A stretch of DNA of 64,000 nucleotides from the NCBI GenBank assembly GCA_964016885.1, contig OZ024746.1, forward strand, positions 60,946,001 through 61,010,000, read 5' to 3'. A program made the position numbers and the translations under genes. This DNA comes from Eledone cirrhosa. Its lineage: Eukaryota. The notes below the pieces were generated by a model that worked only from the letters and a program-made list of their open reading frames with translations, did no database searches and was not told where the DNA came from. Of the stretch, positions 12,532-24,415 are shown piece after piece (position 1 is the stretch's first letter; each line of letters starts with the position of its first letter).

Positions 12532-15480
12532 GATAGTAAATAGTAAGATAGTAAATAGTAAGATAGTAAATAGTAAGATAGTAAATAGTAAGATAGTAAA
12601 TAGTAAGATAGTAAATGGTAAGATTGTAAATAGTAAGATAGTAAATAGTAAGATAGTAAATAGTAGGATAGTAAATGGTAAGATAGTAAATAGTAAGATT
12701 GTTAATAGTAAGATAGTAAATAGTAAGATAGTAAATAGTAGGATAGTAAATGGCAAGATAGTAAATAGTAGGATAGTAAATAGTAAGATAGTAAATAGTA
12801 AGATAGTAAATGGTAAGATTGTAAATAGTAAGATAGTAAATAGTAAGATAGTAAATAGTAAGATAGTAAATAGTAAGATAGTAAATGGTAAGATAGTAAA
12901 TAGTAAGATAGTAAATAGTAAGATAGTAAATAGTAAGATAGTAAATGGTAAGATAGTAAATAGTAAGATAGTAAATAGTAAGATAGTAAATAGTAAGATA
13001 GTAAATAGTAAGATAGTAAATAGTAAGATAGTAAATGGTAAGATTGTAAATAGTAAGATAGTAAATAGTAAGATAGTAAATAGTAGGATAGTAAATGGTA
13101 AGATAGTAAATAGTAAGATTGTTAATAGTAAGATAGTAAATAGTAAGATAGTAAATAGTAGGATAGTAAATGGCAAGATAGTAAATAGTAGGATAGTAAA
13201 TAGTAAGATAGTAAATAGTAAGATAGTAAATGGTAAGATTGTAAATAGTAAGATAGTAAATAGTAAGATAGTAAATAGTAAGATAGTAAATAGTAAGATA
13301 GTAAATGGTAAGATAGTAAATAGTAAGATAGTAAATAGTAAGATAGTAAATAGTAAGATAGTAAATGGTAAGATAGTAAATAGTAAGATAGTAAATAGTA
13401 AGATAGTAAATAGTAAGATAGTAAATAGTAAGATAGTAAATAGTAAGATAGTAAATAGTAAGATAGTAAATGGTAAGATTGTAAATAGTAAGATAGTAAA
13501 TAGTAAGATAGTAAATGGTAAGATAGTAAATAGTAAGATAGTAAATAGTAAGATAGTAAATAGTAAGATAGTAAATGGTAAGATTGTAAATAGTAAGATA
13601 GTAAATAGTAAGATAGTAAATGGTAAGATAGTAAATAGTAAGATAGTAAATAGTAAGATAGTAAATAGTAAGATAGTAAATGGTAAGATAGTAAATAGTA
13701 AGATAGTAAATAGTAAGATAGTAAATAGTAAGATAGTAAATGGTAAGATAGTAAATAGTAAGATAGTAAATAGTAAGATAGTAAATAGTAAGATAGTAAA
13801 TGGTAAGATAGTAAATAGTAAGATAGTAAATAGTAAGATAGTAAATAGTAAGATAGTAAATGGTAAGATTGTAAATAGTAAGATAGTAAATAGTAAGATT
13901 GTAAATAGTAAGATAGTAAATAGTAAGATAGTAAATAGTAAGATAGTAAATAGTAAGATAGTAAATGGTAAGATAGTAAATAGTAAGATAGTAAATAGTA
14001 AGATAGTAAATAGTAAGATAGTAAATGGTAAGATTGTAAATAGTAAGATAGTAAATAGTAAGATAGTAAATGGTAAGATAGTGAATAGTAAGATAGTAAA
14101 TAGTAAGATAGTAAATAGTAAGATAGTAAATAGTAAGATAGTAAATAGTAAGATAGTAAGTAGTAAGATAGTAAATAGTAAGATAGTAAATAGTAAGATA
14201 GTAAATAGTAAGATAGTAAATAGTAAGATAGTAAATGGTAAGATAGTGAATAGTAAGATAGTAAATAGTAAGATAGTAAATAGTAAGATAGTAAATAGTA
14301 AGATAGTAAATAGTAAGATAGTAAATAGTAAGATAGTAAATAGTAAGATAGTAAATAGTAAGATAGTAAATAGTAAGATAGTAAATAGTAAGATAGTAAA
14401 TAGTAAGATAGTAAATAGTAAGATAGTGAATAGTAAGATAGTAAATGGTAAGATAGTGAATAGTAAGATAGTAAATAGTAAGATAGTAAATAGTAAGATA
14501 GTAAATGGTAAGATAGTAAATGGTAAGATTGTAAATAGTAAGATAGTAAATAGTAAGATAGTAAATAGTAAGATAGTAAATAGTAAGATTGTTAATAGTA
14601 AGATAGTAAATAGTAAGATAGTAAATAGTAAGATAGTAAATAGTAAGATAGTAAATAGTAAGATAGTAAATGGTAAGATAGTAAATAGTAAGATAGTAAA
14701 TGGTAAGATAGTAAATAGTAAGATAGTAAATAGTAAGATAGTAAATAGTAAGATAGTAAATAGTAAGATAGTAAATAGTAGGATAGTAAATGGCAAGATA
14801 GTAAATAGTAGGATAGTAAATAGTAAGATAGTAAATAGTAAGATAGTAAATAGTAAGATTGTTAATAGTAAGATTGTTAATAGTAAGATAGTAAATAGTA
14901 AGATAGTAAATAGTAAGATAGTAAATAGTAAGATAGTAAATAGTAAGATTGTTAATAGTAAGATAGTAAATAGTAAGATAGTAAATAGTAAGATAGTAAA
15001 TAGTAAGATAGTAAATAGTAAGATAGTAAATAGTAAGATTGTTCATAGTAAGATAGTAAATAGTAAGATAGTAAATGGTAAGATAGTAAATAGTAAGATA
15101 GTAAATAGTAAGATAGTAAATGGTAAGATAGTAAATAGTAAGATAGTAAATGGTAAGATAGTAAATAGTAAGATAGTAAATAGTAAGATAGTAAATAGTA
15201 AGATAGTAAATAGTAAGATAGTAAATGGTAAGATAGTAAATAGTAAGATAGTAAATGGTAAGATAGTAAATAGTAAGATAGTAAATAGTAAGATAGTGAA
15301 TAGTAAGATAGTAAATAGTAAGATAGTAAATGGTAAGATAGTGAATAGTAAGATAGTAAATAGTAAGATTGTTAATAGTAAGATAGTAAATGGTAAGATA
15401 GTGAATAGTAAGATAGTAAATAGTAAGATAGTAAATAGTAAGATAGTAAATAGTAAGATAGTAAATAGTAAGACAGTAAA
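12532..15480. repeat. 15-bp minisatellite (GATAGTAAATAGTAA)n
   Basis: About 196 units built from 7+8-nt ATAGTAA subunits. Confidence 0.98.
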
Positions 15481-15731
15481 TAAGCAGTTTGATTCTAAAA
15501 AAGAAAAACAAACCTAGAATTTCAAAACCAACCCACTTCCCTATTTACTGAGACCAGGATGGAGATGGCCATCCGCAAGAATAAGTTGTGTGAATTGGAT
15601 TGGATGTTTCAGCACATATTAATCATTATCATCCAAGCTAACGCATTCACAATTCAGTCCACTGAGACTATCAGGCAACACAGACAAGTTGTTTTGCAAA
15701 GGACAATCACTTTAATGTTTTTTTTATTGTA

Positions 15732-15798
<67 letters not shown>

Positions 15799-15965
15799 TT
15801 CAGGAGTAACCAATCTTAAAGAGAGAGATGGAGATAGTGGAGGAGATATGAGAGGAGAGATTGGTGAGTTAGTTAGAAGCCAAAGCGTAAAGGCATGTGC
15901 TCAATGTGCAATATGCAGTAGAAAGCAGCTAGGTGGCTGGGTTCATGCAGAAGTTAGGTGCGCAG
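15480..15965 (-). pseudogene. Decayed LRR-coding relic split by (AT)n
   Basis: LASN*LTNLSSHISS (15839-15883), LQNNLSVLPDSLSGLNCECVSLDDND* (about 15620-15699), FTQLILADG and LESNCLFTV; several stops. Confidence 0.5.
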
Positions 15966-15974
15966 AGCTGGAAA

Positions 15975-16665
15975 TATTCATTAGTTCAGCAAAACAAGAC
16001 CACAAACTTCACAAGGAAGACGTTATTAAAAGATTGTCAACATATTTTAGTTTGATGTAAGGAATGTAGAGAATAATAATAATATTAATAATAATTGTTT
16101 CTACTTTAGGCACAAGGCCAGCAATTATCCAGTGCATTACTGGTACTTTATTTTATCGACCCCGTAAGGATGAAAGGCAAAGTCAACCTCGGCGGGATTT
16201 GAACTCAGATCGTAAAGGGACGTAACTATGCTGGAAAGCATGGCGTCCGACCCTCTACCGATACTGCCAATCCACCGCCCTGATAATAATAATAATAATA
16301 TTAATAATAATAATGTCCGTTTACAATTGTTTCGCTACTCCATATACTATTTCTGGATCAGATGATTATATATCATAATTGATCTGGTTCAGTTGAAAAT
16401 AATTAACATATTTAAAAATGATGAACCACTCTGTTTTTTTAAATATGTTAATTATTTTCAACTGAACCAGATCAATTATGATATATAGTCATCTGATCCA
16501 GAAATATTACATGGAGTAGCGAAACAATTGTAAACGGACATTATTATTATTAATATTATTATTATTATTCTCTACATTCCTTACATCAAACTAAAATATG
16601 TTGACAATCTTTTAATAATGTCTTCCTTGTGAAATTTGTGGTCTTGTTTTGCTTAACAAATGAAT
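15975..16665. repeat. Fold-back inverted duplication with a SINE in the left arm and a hammerhead 3' half in both arms
   Basis: Arms are reverse complements around about 16430; GAAACAATTGTA at about 16521 and its complement at about 16322. Confidence 0.85.
16094..16280 (-). mobile_element. tRNA-derived SINE (family A)
   Basis: A-box TGGCAGTATCGG, B-box GAGTTCAAATCC and core GCCTTTCATCCTTACGGGGTCGATAAAATAAAGTACC; flanked by duplicated AATAATATTAATAATAAT. Confidence 0.9.
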
Positions 16666-16868
16666 ATATATATATATATGTAGATAAATCTACCAAAAGT
16701 TTACGGTAGTGTCCAATCCGTATGAAGAACTCAATGTAATCCGGATATCATGAAAAGAGAAGATGCATTCAAAAACTACTTTCGGTGAAAAATAAACGGA
16801 AAACAGAGTCAAGATAAATTAATAAAATAATGAATAAACAAAGAAACAGTTCCTTATATTAAAAAAAT

Positions 16869-17010
16869 TCATCATTTTACGATCGTTTCTAGGATATATA
16901 TGTGTTAGAGTTGGTATGCATATTCTATAAATCTATGTACAATATTTATACAAACTATCAGAGGGAATATACATACCTACACATATATATGCTGTCTTCA
17001 GAAATAATGA
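16869..17010 (-). ncRNA. Type I hammerhead ribozyme, extended stem II
   Basis: Inverted copy of 19433-19574. Confidence 0.75.
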
Positions 17011-17673
17011 TATTTGTTTATTGAAAAAAACAAAGATTCAATACAATAGGTCTGTTTGGGAACAGGTTTTGAATTGACCAATAGAGAGATAGTGAGGGTC
17101 AGGATAGTAATATAGTAGTAGAAGAACCTTAAATTATGGGTAGAGGAAGGTAGATTTCAGTTTTGGATGGAAAAGAATATGATGAATGAAGAAATAGGTC
17201 TTATGCTGACCTCAGAAATAATTTTATTTTTTCATTGAATAAAACCAACAAAGATCTAATATATTCTGTCTGTTTGGTAAGAGGTTTAGAATTACCCAAT
17301 AGAAAGTTAATAATTGGCCAAATGGTAAAATAGTAGTAATTGAAGCTTATTTTAGGGGTGAAAATAGGTCAGGTGGTCAGTAAAAGGTATACAAGCAGTT
17401 GCTGTTATAAAATAGTAATGCCAATACAAATATCTAAGGTGACTAAAGTTTTAAGATAAGAATGTTAGTGAAAAAAATACATCTATGAAAAGAATATAAA
17501 TTAATTTAATTGATGGGTATATTTATATTGATAAAATTATACTAATACATATAGATATGATAAATAAGAGTTAGATGCAGTTGAAAAGTGGTGTTAAAGA
17601 TGAGGGGAAATTAAAAGAATATAAAAAGAATATATATATATACATATATACTCATACATATATATACATATAT

Positions 17674-17763
<90 letters not shown>

Positions 17764-17849
17764 TTATATATATACACATATATATACATATATATACACA
17801 TACACACACACACATACACACATATATACATATACATATACATATATAT

Positions 17850-17888
<39 letters not shown>

Positions 17889-18427
17889 GATATATACATG
17901 CATATATACATACATACACATACATATACACACACATATACACTTATATATACATGTAATTATTGGGGGGGGGGATTACATTTATTAGTGAGAAATAGTA
18001 AATATATATAGTTTTCAAGGAACATAGAGTCATAACCTGAAGTTAAAGCATTATATATGTTTACTTAATGGTATGAGTTTTAGGAAATGATATTTGTAAG
18101 AAGGAAAGCAAAATTATGTAGTTCATCAGTAGTAGAATATTAATTATAGGTTAACTAAATTAAAAATAGTTTATATATTAATTTCAAAAGTGTATATTAA
18201 TTAGGTTTATAATTTTTAAAGCAGAATTATGTAGTTCATCAGTAGTAGAGTATTAATTATAGGTTAACTAAATTAAAAATAATTTATAAATTAATTTCTA
18301 AAGTGTATATTAATTAGGTTTATAATATTTAAAGGTTTTTCTCAGTTTATGATTACACGATATTATTAACGCCATGCTCCTATATATGAATAAATTGAGT
18401 CCTTAGTGTTAACTTTACATTTATATA

Positions 18428-18796
18428 CTAGTATATAAATGTAAAGTTAACACTAAGGACTCAATTTATTCATATATAGGAGCTACCTCTAACAAATTTA
18501 AGGTAAGATTTAATACCCACAAACATAGTTTTAAAAATGCCGCACTAGCTAATACAACATCTCTAGCTGAAATAATAAATAGTTATAGAAAGAGGAATAT
18601 AGAATATGACCTGACCTGGAGTGTGCTCAAAAGGGCCACCCCTTATCAAAATAGTAGAAATGCATGTAGATCATGTTCCCAAGAATTTTTTGAAATAATG
18701 AAATCTAAGGATATCCTATTAAATAAGCGAAAGGAATTAATAATATCGTGTAATCATAAACTGAGAAAAACCTTTAAATATTATAAACCTAATTAA
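18428..18796 (+). pseudogene. Penelope-like GIY-YIG endonuclease fragment (Naiad-like)
   Basis: Open 122-codon frame with no start, absent from the ORF track: LVYKCKV..YIGATSNKFKVRFNTHKHSF..WSVL..CRSC..E..LLNKRKE..CNH. Confidence 0.85.
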
Positions 18797-19432
18797 TATA
18801 CACTTTAGAAATTAATTTATAAATTATTTTTAACAGCACTTTTCAACTGCATCTAACTCTTATTTATCATATCTATATGTATTAGTATAATTTTATCAAT
18901 ATAAATATACCCATCAATTAAATTAATTTATATTCTTTTCATAGATGTATTTTTTTCACTAACATTCTTATCTTAAAACTTTAGTCACCTTAGATATTTG
19001 TATTGGCATTACTATTTTATAACAGCAACTGCTTGTATACCTTTTACTGACCACCTGACCTATTTTCACCCCTAAAATAAGCTTCAATTACTACTATTTT
19101 ACCATTTGGCCAATTATTAACTTTCTATTGGGTAATTCTAAACCTCTTACCAAACAGACAGAATATATTAGATCTTTGTTGGTTTTATTCAATGAAAAAA
19201 TAAAATTATTTCTGAGGTCAGCATAAGACCTATTTCTTCCCTAAAATAATCCTTCATTCATCATATTCTTTTCCATCCAAAACTGAAATCTACCTTCCTC
19301 TACCCATAATTTAAGGTTCTTCTACTACTATATTACTATCCTGACCCTCACTATCTCTCTATTGGTCAATTCAAAACCTGTTCCCAAACAGACCTATTGT
19401 ATTGAATCTTTGTTTTTTTCAATAAATAAATA

Positions 19433-19574
19433 TCATTATTTCTGAAGACAGCATATATATGTGTAGGTATGTATATTCCCTCTGATAGTTTGTATAAATA
19501 TTGTACATAGATCTATAGAATATGCATACCAACTCTAACACATATATATCCTAGAAACGATCGTAAAATGATGA
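19433..19574 (+). ncRNA. Type I hammerhead ribozyme, extended stem II
   Basis: Stem I TCATTATTT/AAATGATGA, CTGAAGA, about 105-nt stem II, GAAA, palindromic stem III CGATCG, GUA cleavage site. Confidence 0.78.
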
Positions 19575-19626
19575 ATTTTTTTAATATAAGGAACTGTTTC
19601 TTTGTTTATTCATTATTTTATTAATT

Positions 19627-19710
<84 letters not shown>

Positions 19711-19723
19711 CGTAAGTATATAT

Positions 19724-19873
19724 ATAACAGAGGGGTATGGTAAGATACCAGGTGGACCATAACGCAAAAAAAAAAAAAAATGATAAGGTTTACTGGGAAC
19801 CCTGCTCCCGACCCAGGATCGAACTTCACACCATGATTACCACCCATGATTCCTTCAACTAGGCCACCGAGAC
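19724..19873 (-). mobile_element. tRNA-derived SINE-like element whose tail is shared with hammerhead-bearing repeats
   Basis: A-box GGTGGCCTAGTTG and B-box GTTCGATCC (19804-19873); tail matches 38622-38667 and 39281-39321. Confidence 0.6.
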
Positions 19874-20325
19874 AACTACGAAAGTACGATGAAAATTAAT
19901 AATTATAAACCTACTTTCAAAATCAAAGTTAAAAAGACGAATACAGCTATTACAAGATATTCGTATTTTTATTCATGTAATTAATAAACAAGTACATTTA
20001 TACCGTACTGTTGTCCACCGGTATTCGCGGGAATTACGTTCCTAGAGAACCCGCGAACACTGTATTAGATTGAGTTTCATTATAACTGTTTTGTTTCCGT
20101 ATATGTAAATAGGGCGTTTCTCATAGTTTTAAAAACAAACATAATAAATAAAAAGTCAGTCTTGCAGATTCTGAATTTTACTGCTCGTTCACTCAACAAT
20201 GGCGACCACCTCGATAAACGAACTGCCTGGTATTAAGTGAAATTCACGCAGCGCTAAATAGAATAAGGCTGCAATTTATAAATCGTGTTAATTGGACAAA
20301 CATGTGAAACGATGCTCATACACAG

Positions 20326-20357
<32 letters not shown>

Positions 20358-20390
20358 TGTATGTATGTATGTATGTATGTATGTATGTAT

Positions 20391-21253
20391 GTTTTCTCTT
20401 TCTCTTAATTTTGAGTATATTTTTTTGACCGGCCACCTTCCTGGTGGCAAGGTTGTAAAAGAAAAGAAATTGTCATCCCTTGAATCGCAAGAATGTTTTG
20501 CAAATTTTGAAGGTGCCAGCTATCGCAGCCATTTGTAGACTATGAATTAGGGAGCTGCGCTTTTTGTCCGCAAATCCAAGTTCAGTCATACTTTGGTCCA
20601 AGCGGGTTGGTATATAACCCGTAGCACCAATAATGATGGGTATGAAGCTAAAGGTGTATCTTGGATACTGGATTTGTAAACTCCTCATCAATGGTCCGTA
20701 GATGTCCTCCTTCTCCTGTATTTTTCTGACAACGTTTACATCAAGTGGGCAGCTGATCTCCACAACAGAACACGTTTTCAATGTGTGGTCCCAAACTACA
20801 ATATCAGGCCGGTTGTGCTTTAATTTGGTGGCAGTTTTTATTTTCAGGTTCCACCAGTATTCCTTAGTGCCATCTGTCTCAATATATTCTTCCTCGTTTG
20901 TTGTTAATTTTGTTTTCCGAAGTGCGTTCCAGATGGTTCTAGTTATCCCATCGTGTCTCATGGGGAGGTAGTAGCGAGATGACATTCTTTCGCAGCTGGC
21001 AACAATGTGGCTTACATCCTCGATCTTTGTTTTACATAGCCTACATTTATTGTCAGCTGCTGGCCCTCCTCTTTTGTGCAGCAGATATTTGGTAGGGAGT
21101 TCTTGTTCCTGTATTGCATAGAGATATCCCTCAAGGTGTGATGTCATAAACTTGTCGGAACTCCATGCCAGGCTTTTTGAGTGGTTTATCCCCTCTATGG
21201 TCTGTGTTTTACGCCTCAAGTATCCATGCACAACTTTTTCTGTAAATTGGTCA

Positions 21254-21255
<2 letters not shown>
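20391..21255 (-). mobile_element. 5'-truncated non-LTR retrotransposon with restriction-like endonuclease (R4/NeSL-type)
   Basis: CRLC..E..HI..C zinc knuckle, RHD and RPDIV..VEISCP..K..Y (PD-D/ExK) motifs; both ends lie in (TATG)n. Confidence 0.88.
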
Positions 21256-21284
<29 letters not shown>

Positions 21285-21290
21285 TGTATG

Positions 21291-21725
21291 TTATCTCTTT
21301 CTCTTAATTTCGAGTATATTTTTTTGACCGGCCACCTTCCTGGTGGCAAGGTTGTAAAAGAAAAGAAATTGTCATCCCTTGCATCGCAAGAATGTTTTGC
21401 AAATTTTGAAGGTGCCAACTATCGCAGTCATTTGTAGACTATGAATTAGGGAGCTGCGCTTTTTGTCCGCAAATCTAAGTTCAGTCATACTTTGGTCCAA
21501 GCGGGTTGGTATATAACCCGTAGCACCAATAATGATGGGTATGAAGCTAAAGGTGTATCTTGGATACAGGATTTGTAAACTCCTCATCAATGGTCCGTAG
21601 ATGTCCTCCTTCTCCTGTATTTTTCTGACAACGTTTACATCAAGTGGGCAGCTGATCTCCACAACAGAACACGTTTTCAATGTGTGGTCCCAAACAACAA
21701 TATCAGGCCGGTTGTGCTTTAATTT
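21291..21725 (-). mobile_element. Second, shorter copy of the same R4/NeSL-type element
   Basis: Near-identical to 20391-20825; flanked by (TATG)n. Confidence 0.88.
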
Positions 21726-21804
21726 GTATGTATGTATGTATGTATGTATGTATGTATGTATGTATGTATGTATGTATGTATGTATGTATGTATGTATGTA
21801 TGTA

Positions 21805-22382
21805 TTTATAAGTCGTTTGGAAGCCTCGACAATGCAAATGGGTAAATCTCCGGGTAAGAAGGTCCGGTGGTGGAGAGAGAGATATGTAAGTGGGTGTACG
21901 TTGAGATGCGTGGTGTGTATAAGATGTGTGAGATGTGTAGAATGAAGGGAAGAGTAAAAGAATAAAAATAATAATAACAACACAAGAGAGAGAGTTACCT
22001 TGGGAGAGATTTAATAGTCCCTATATATTTCGGATTCACATCCATCAACTGGGGTTTTTTCCGGGGTGGGGGAAAAGGTTGTCTGTTCCGAGTTGTCCGA
22101 CAGACAACCTTTTCCCCCACCCCGGAAAAAACCCCAGTTGATGGATGTGAATCCGAAATATATAGGGACTATTAAATCTCTCCCAAGGTAACTCTCTCTC
22201 TTGTGTTGTTATTATTATTTTTATTCTTTTACTTTTCCCTTCATTCTACACATCTCACACATCTTATACACACCACGCATCTCAACGTACACCCACTTAC
22301 ATATTTCTCTCTCCACCACCGGACCTTGTTACCGGGAGATTTACCCATTTGCATTGTCGAGGCTTCCAAACGACTTATAAAT
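21805..22382. repeat. Fold-back palindrome with arms of about 280 bp
   Basis: Near-perfect reverse-complement arms centred at about 22093, embedded in (TATG)n. Confidence 0.92.
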
Positions 22383-22734
22383 ATTTACTTATTGTTCCAC
22401 AATGCTTCAAGCAAACTTCAATACTCTCGTATGTATGTATGTATGTATGTATGTATGTATGTATGTATGTATGTATGTATGTATGTATGTATGTATGTAT
22501 GTATGTATGTATGTATGTTTTATAATTTCACAAAGTTTTTACCAATAGAGAGAGAGTCGGTTTCTAACATAGACACAAGACTCTCTCATCGGAATTTACA
22601 CATCAACTAGGTAGATATGTATGTATGCATGCATGTGTAGATATGGATGTTATTGTATGTGTGGATGTGTATATTTTGAGTTGTATGTGTGCATGTGTAT
22701 ATGATTTGTATCTGTACATGTGTATATGCAGTTA

Positions 22735-22985
22735 TTAGATGCAACATTTTTGGAATGTTTTACATATTTTTACTGTTCCATTAATGGATTGTACTTGTAG
22801 TTTCCTAACTAGTTGTGTTCTTTCTGTTCCTGTGAAGCCTAGCTTCTCAAGATTTGTATTGAGGCAGTTACTAACATATCCCAGTGCCCCAATAATCACA
22901 GGCATAAATCTGAAGGTGTAATCAGGGTGGAGTATCTGCAGATTTCTCATCAGTTCTGCATAAATATTCTCCTTTTCACTAATCA
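22735..22985 (-). mobile_element. 3' fragment of a diverged R4/NeSL-type element
   Basis: EKENIYAELMRNLQILHPDYTFRFMPVIIGALG..GTVKICKTF is homologous to the 20473-21231 C-terminus. Confidence 0.8.
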
Positions 22986-23114
22986 GGGTTGCAGGTGTTA
23001 TATCAGAGTTTTCCTTCTCCTAGAGAATGTATGTATGTATGTATGTATGTATGTATGTATGTATGTATGTATGTATGTATGTATGTATGTATGTATGTAT
23101 GTATGTATGTATGT

Positions 23115-23727
23115 TTATGTCAGGTCACCAGTTGGTGCTACTGGTAACATGTATTCCAGTACAACCTGTCCCATGGTCGGGTCGTTGGCGACTAAACTGG
23201 CAACCCCACCAAGGTTTCTTGGTGAGGAGGGTGACTTTGGACATCCTGCAGGACTAAAAACAAAACCTGTCAAAAGGCAAAGGAGCTCTTAAGAGTCAAT
23301 GGCCATCCAAAATCACCGGGAGAGATGACCCCTTAGCCTTTGTCAAGACAGAATTCTAGGAGAAGGAAAACTCTGATATAACACCTGCAACCCTGATGGT
23401 ATCCAATGATGTTGACTTGTTCTTCTTTTTGGTAAATATCATCTTGGTTAAGAGAGTGGGACTGGCTTTGTGCAGTGCCTTTTCTCACTATAAAAGCTTC
23501 ACAGCACAGGCATTGCCTTATATCTGGAGATCTCTCTGCACTTGTCATCACATGGTGCCATGGGCCCAGCACTATGTGTCAGTAATTGTCACAAGTGTAG
23601 TGTTTGTACCAGAGTTTTCAAGTCGCTGGCTGGACTAAAAAGTCACACTTGTTTAGCGCATCGGTAGGGGTTCTCCTACATGGATATAAAGTAGTGGCCG
23701 TACTCGAAAACGAGTTGGCAGCCACCA
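23115..23727 (+). mobile_element. Interspersed non-autonomous repeat (possibly RTE-related)
   Basis: Inverted copy at 61360-61967; ends in GGCAGCC followed by a microsatellite. Confidence 0.7.
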
Positions 23728-23773
23728 TGTATGTATGTATGTATGTATGTATGTATGTATGTATGTATGTATG

Positions 23774-23799
<26 letters not shown>

Positions 23800-23804
<5 letters not shown>

Positions 23805-24282
23805 CATCTCTGCTGATACATGGGAAAGCGTAGCTGCTGATCGTAATAAATGGCGAAAGACTGTACATGAGGGGAAAGTTACTTTTGAAGTATCTCGAAT
23901 CGCATACGAGAAAGTAAAAAGGGATGTCAGGAAAGGCATTGCTGATGCATCTCCAGACAGCGAAGGTCTTCCTATGGCGCTGACATGCAGTGTTTCTGCA
24001 AGACTCTGCCTCAGGAAAGCTGGACTCGAAAGTCATCTCCGCAGTCATAAAGTGAGGCCAGTGGTTGACTACCAGGCTGCTGTCGGTGATGCTGCTCATC
24101 ATGCCTGTCAAGCATGTGGAAGAGAGTGTAGATCAGCAGGAGGGCTCAAACAACATGCACAAGTACATAAAATCCAACCACAGCCGACTATTCCCAGTGA
24201 ATGTTTTGGTTGCCGACTCTGTGCAGGACATTTTAGATCATTGGCTGGGCTAAAAAGCCACATTCGATCGCAGCACCATTAA
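23800..24282 (+). mobile_element. 3' end of an RTE-type LINE with C2H2 zinc fingers
   Basis: [12 protein letters not shown] motif followed by three CxxC..GL..H..H-type fingers, the first degenerate. Confidence 0.75.
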
Positions 24283-24367
24283 ATTGTTAATATATGTATG
24301 TATATGTATGCGCGCGCGCACATGCGTGTGTGTGTATGTATGTGTATGTGTGTGTGTGAATGTATGT

Positions 24368-24412
<45 letters not shown>

Positions 24413-24415
<3 letters not shown>

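Larger units (their letters stand above)
16680..19629. mobile_element. Penelope-like element remnant with nested inverted repeats (pseudo-LTRs)
   Basis: 16814-17598 is inverted at 18830-19629; palindrome centred on TATACTAGTATA at about 18430; contains a GIY-YIG ORF and two hammerheads; bounded by (TA)n. Confidence 0.85.

Noticed and set aside
12448-15517. ORFs of 478-1001 aa on both strands ((NSKIV)n, (YYLTI)n, (LFTIL)n)
   Set aside because: A 15-bp unit is a multiple of 3, so stop-free frames arise automatically; there is no unique coding context
15590-15640. Box C/D snoRNA or SECIS-like hairpin (TTGGATG..CATCCAA, minus strand)
   Set aside because: Too short, boxes are imperfect, and the region is better explained as an LRR relic
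18428-18796. Selenocysteine-recoded Naiad
   Set aside because: All cysteines are TGT, there is no in-frame TGA, and no SECIS was recognised
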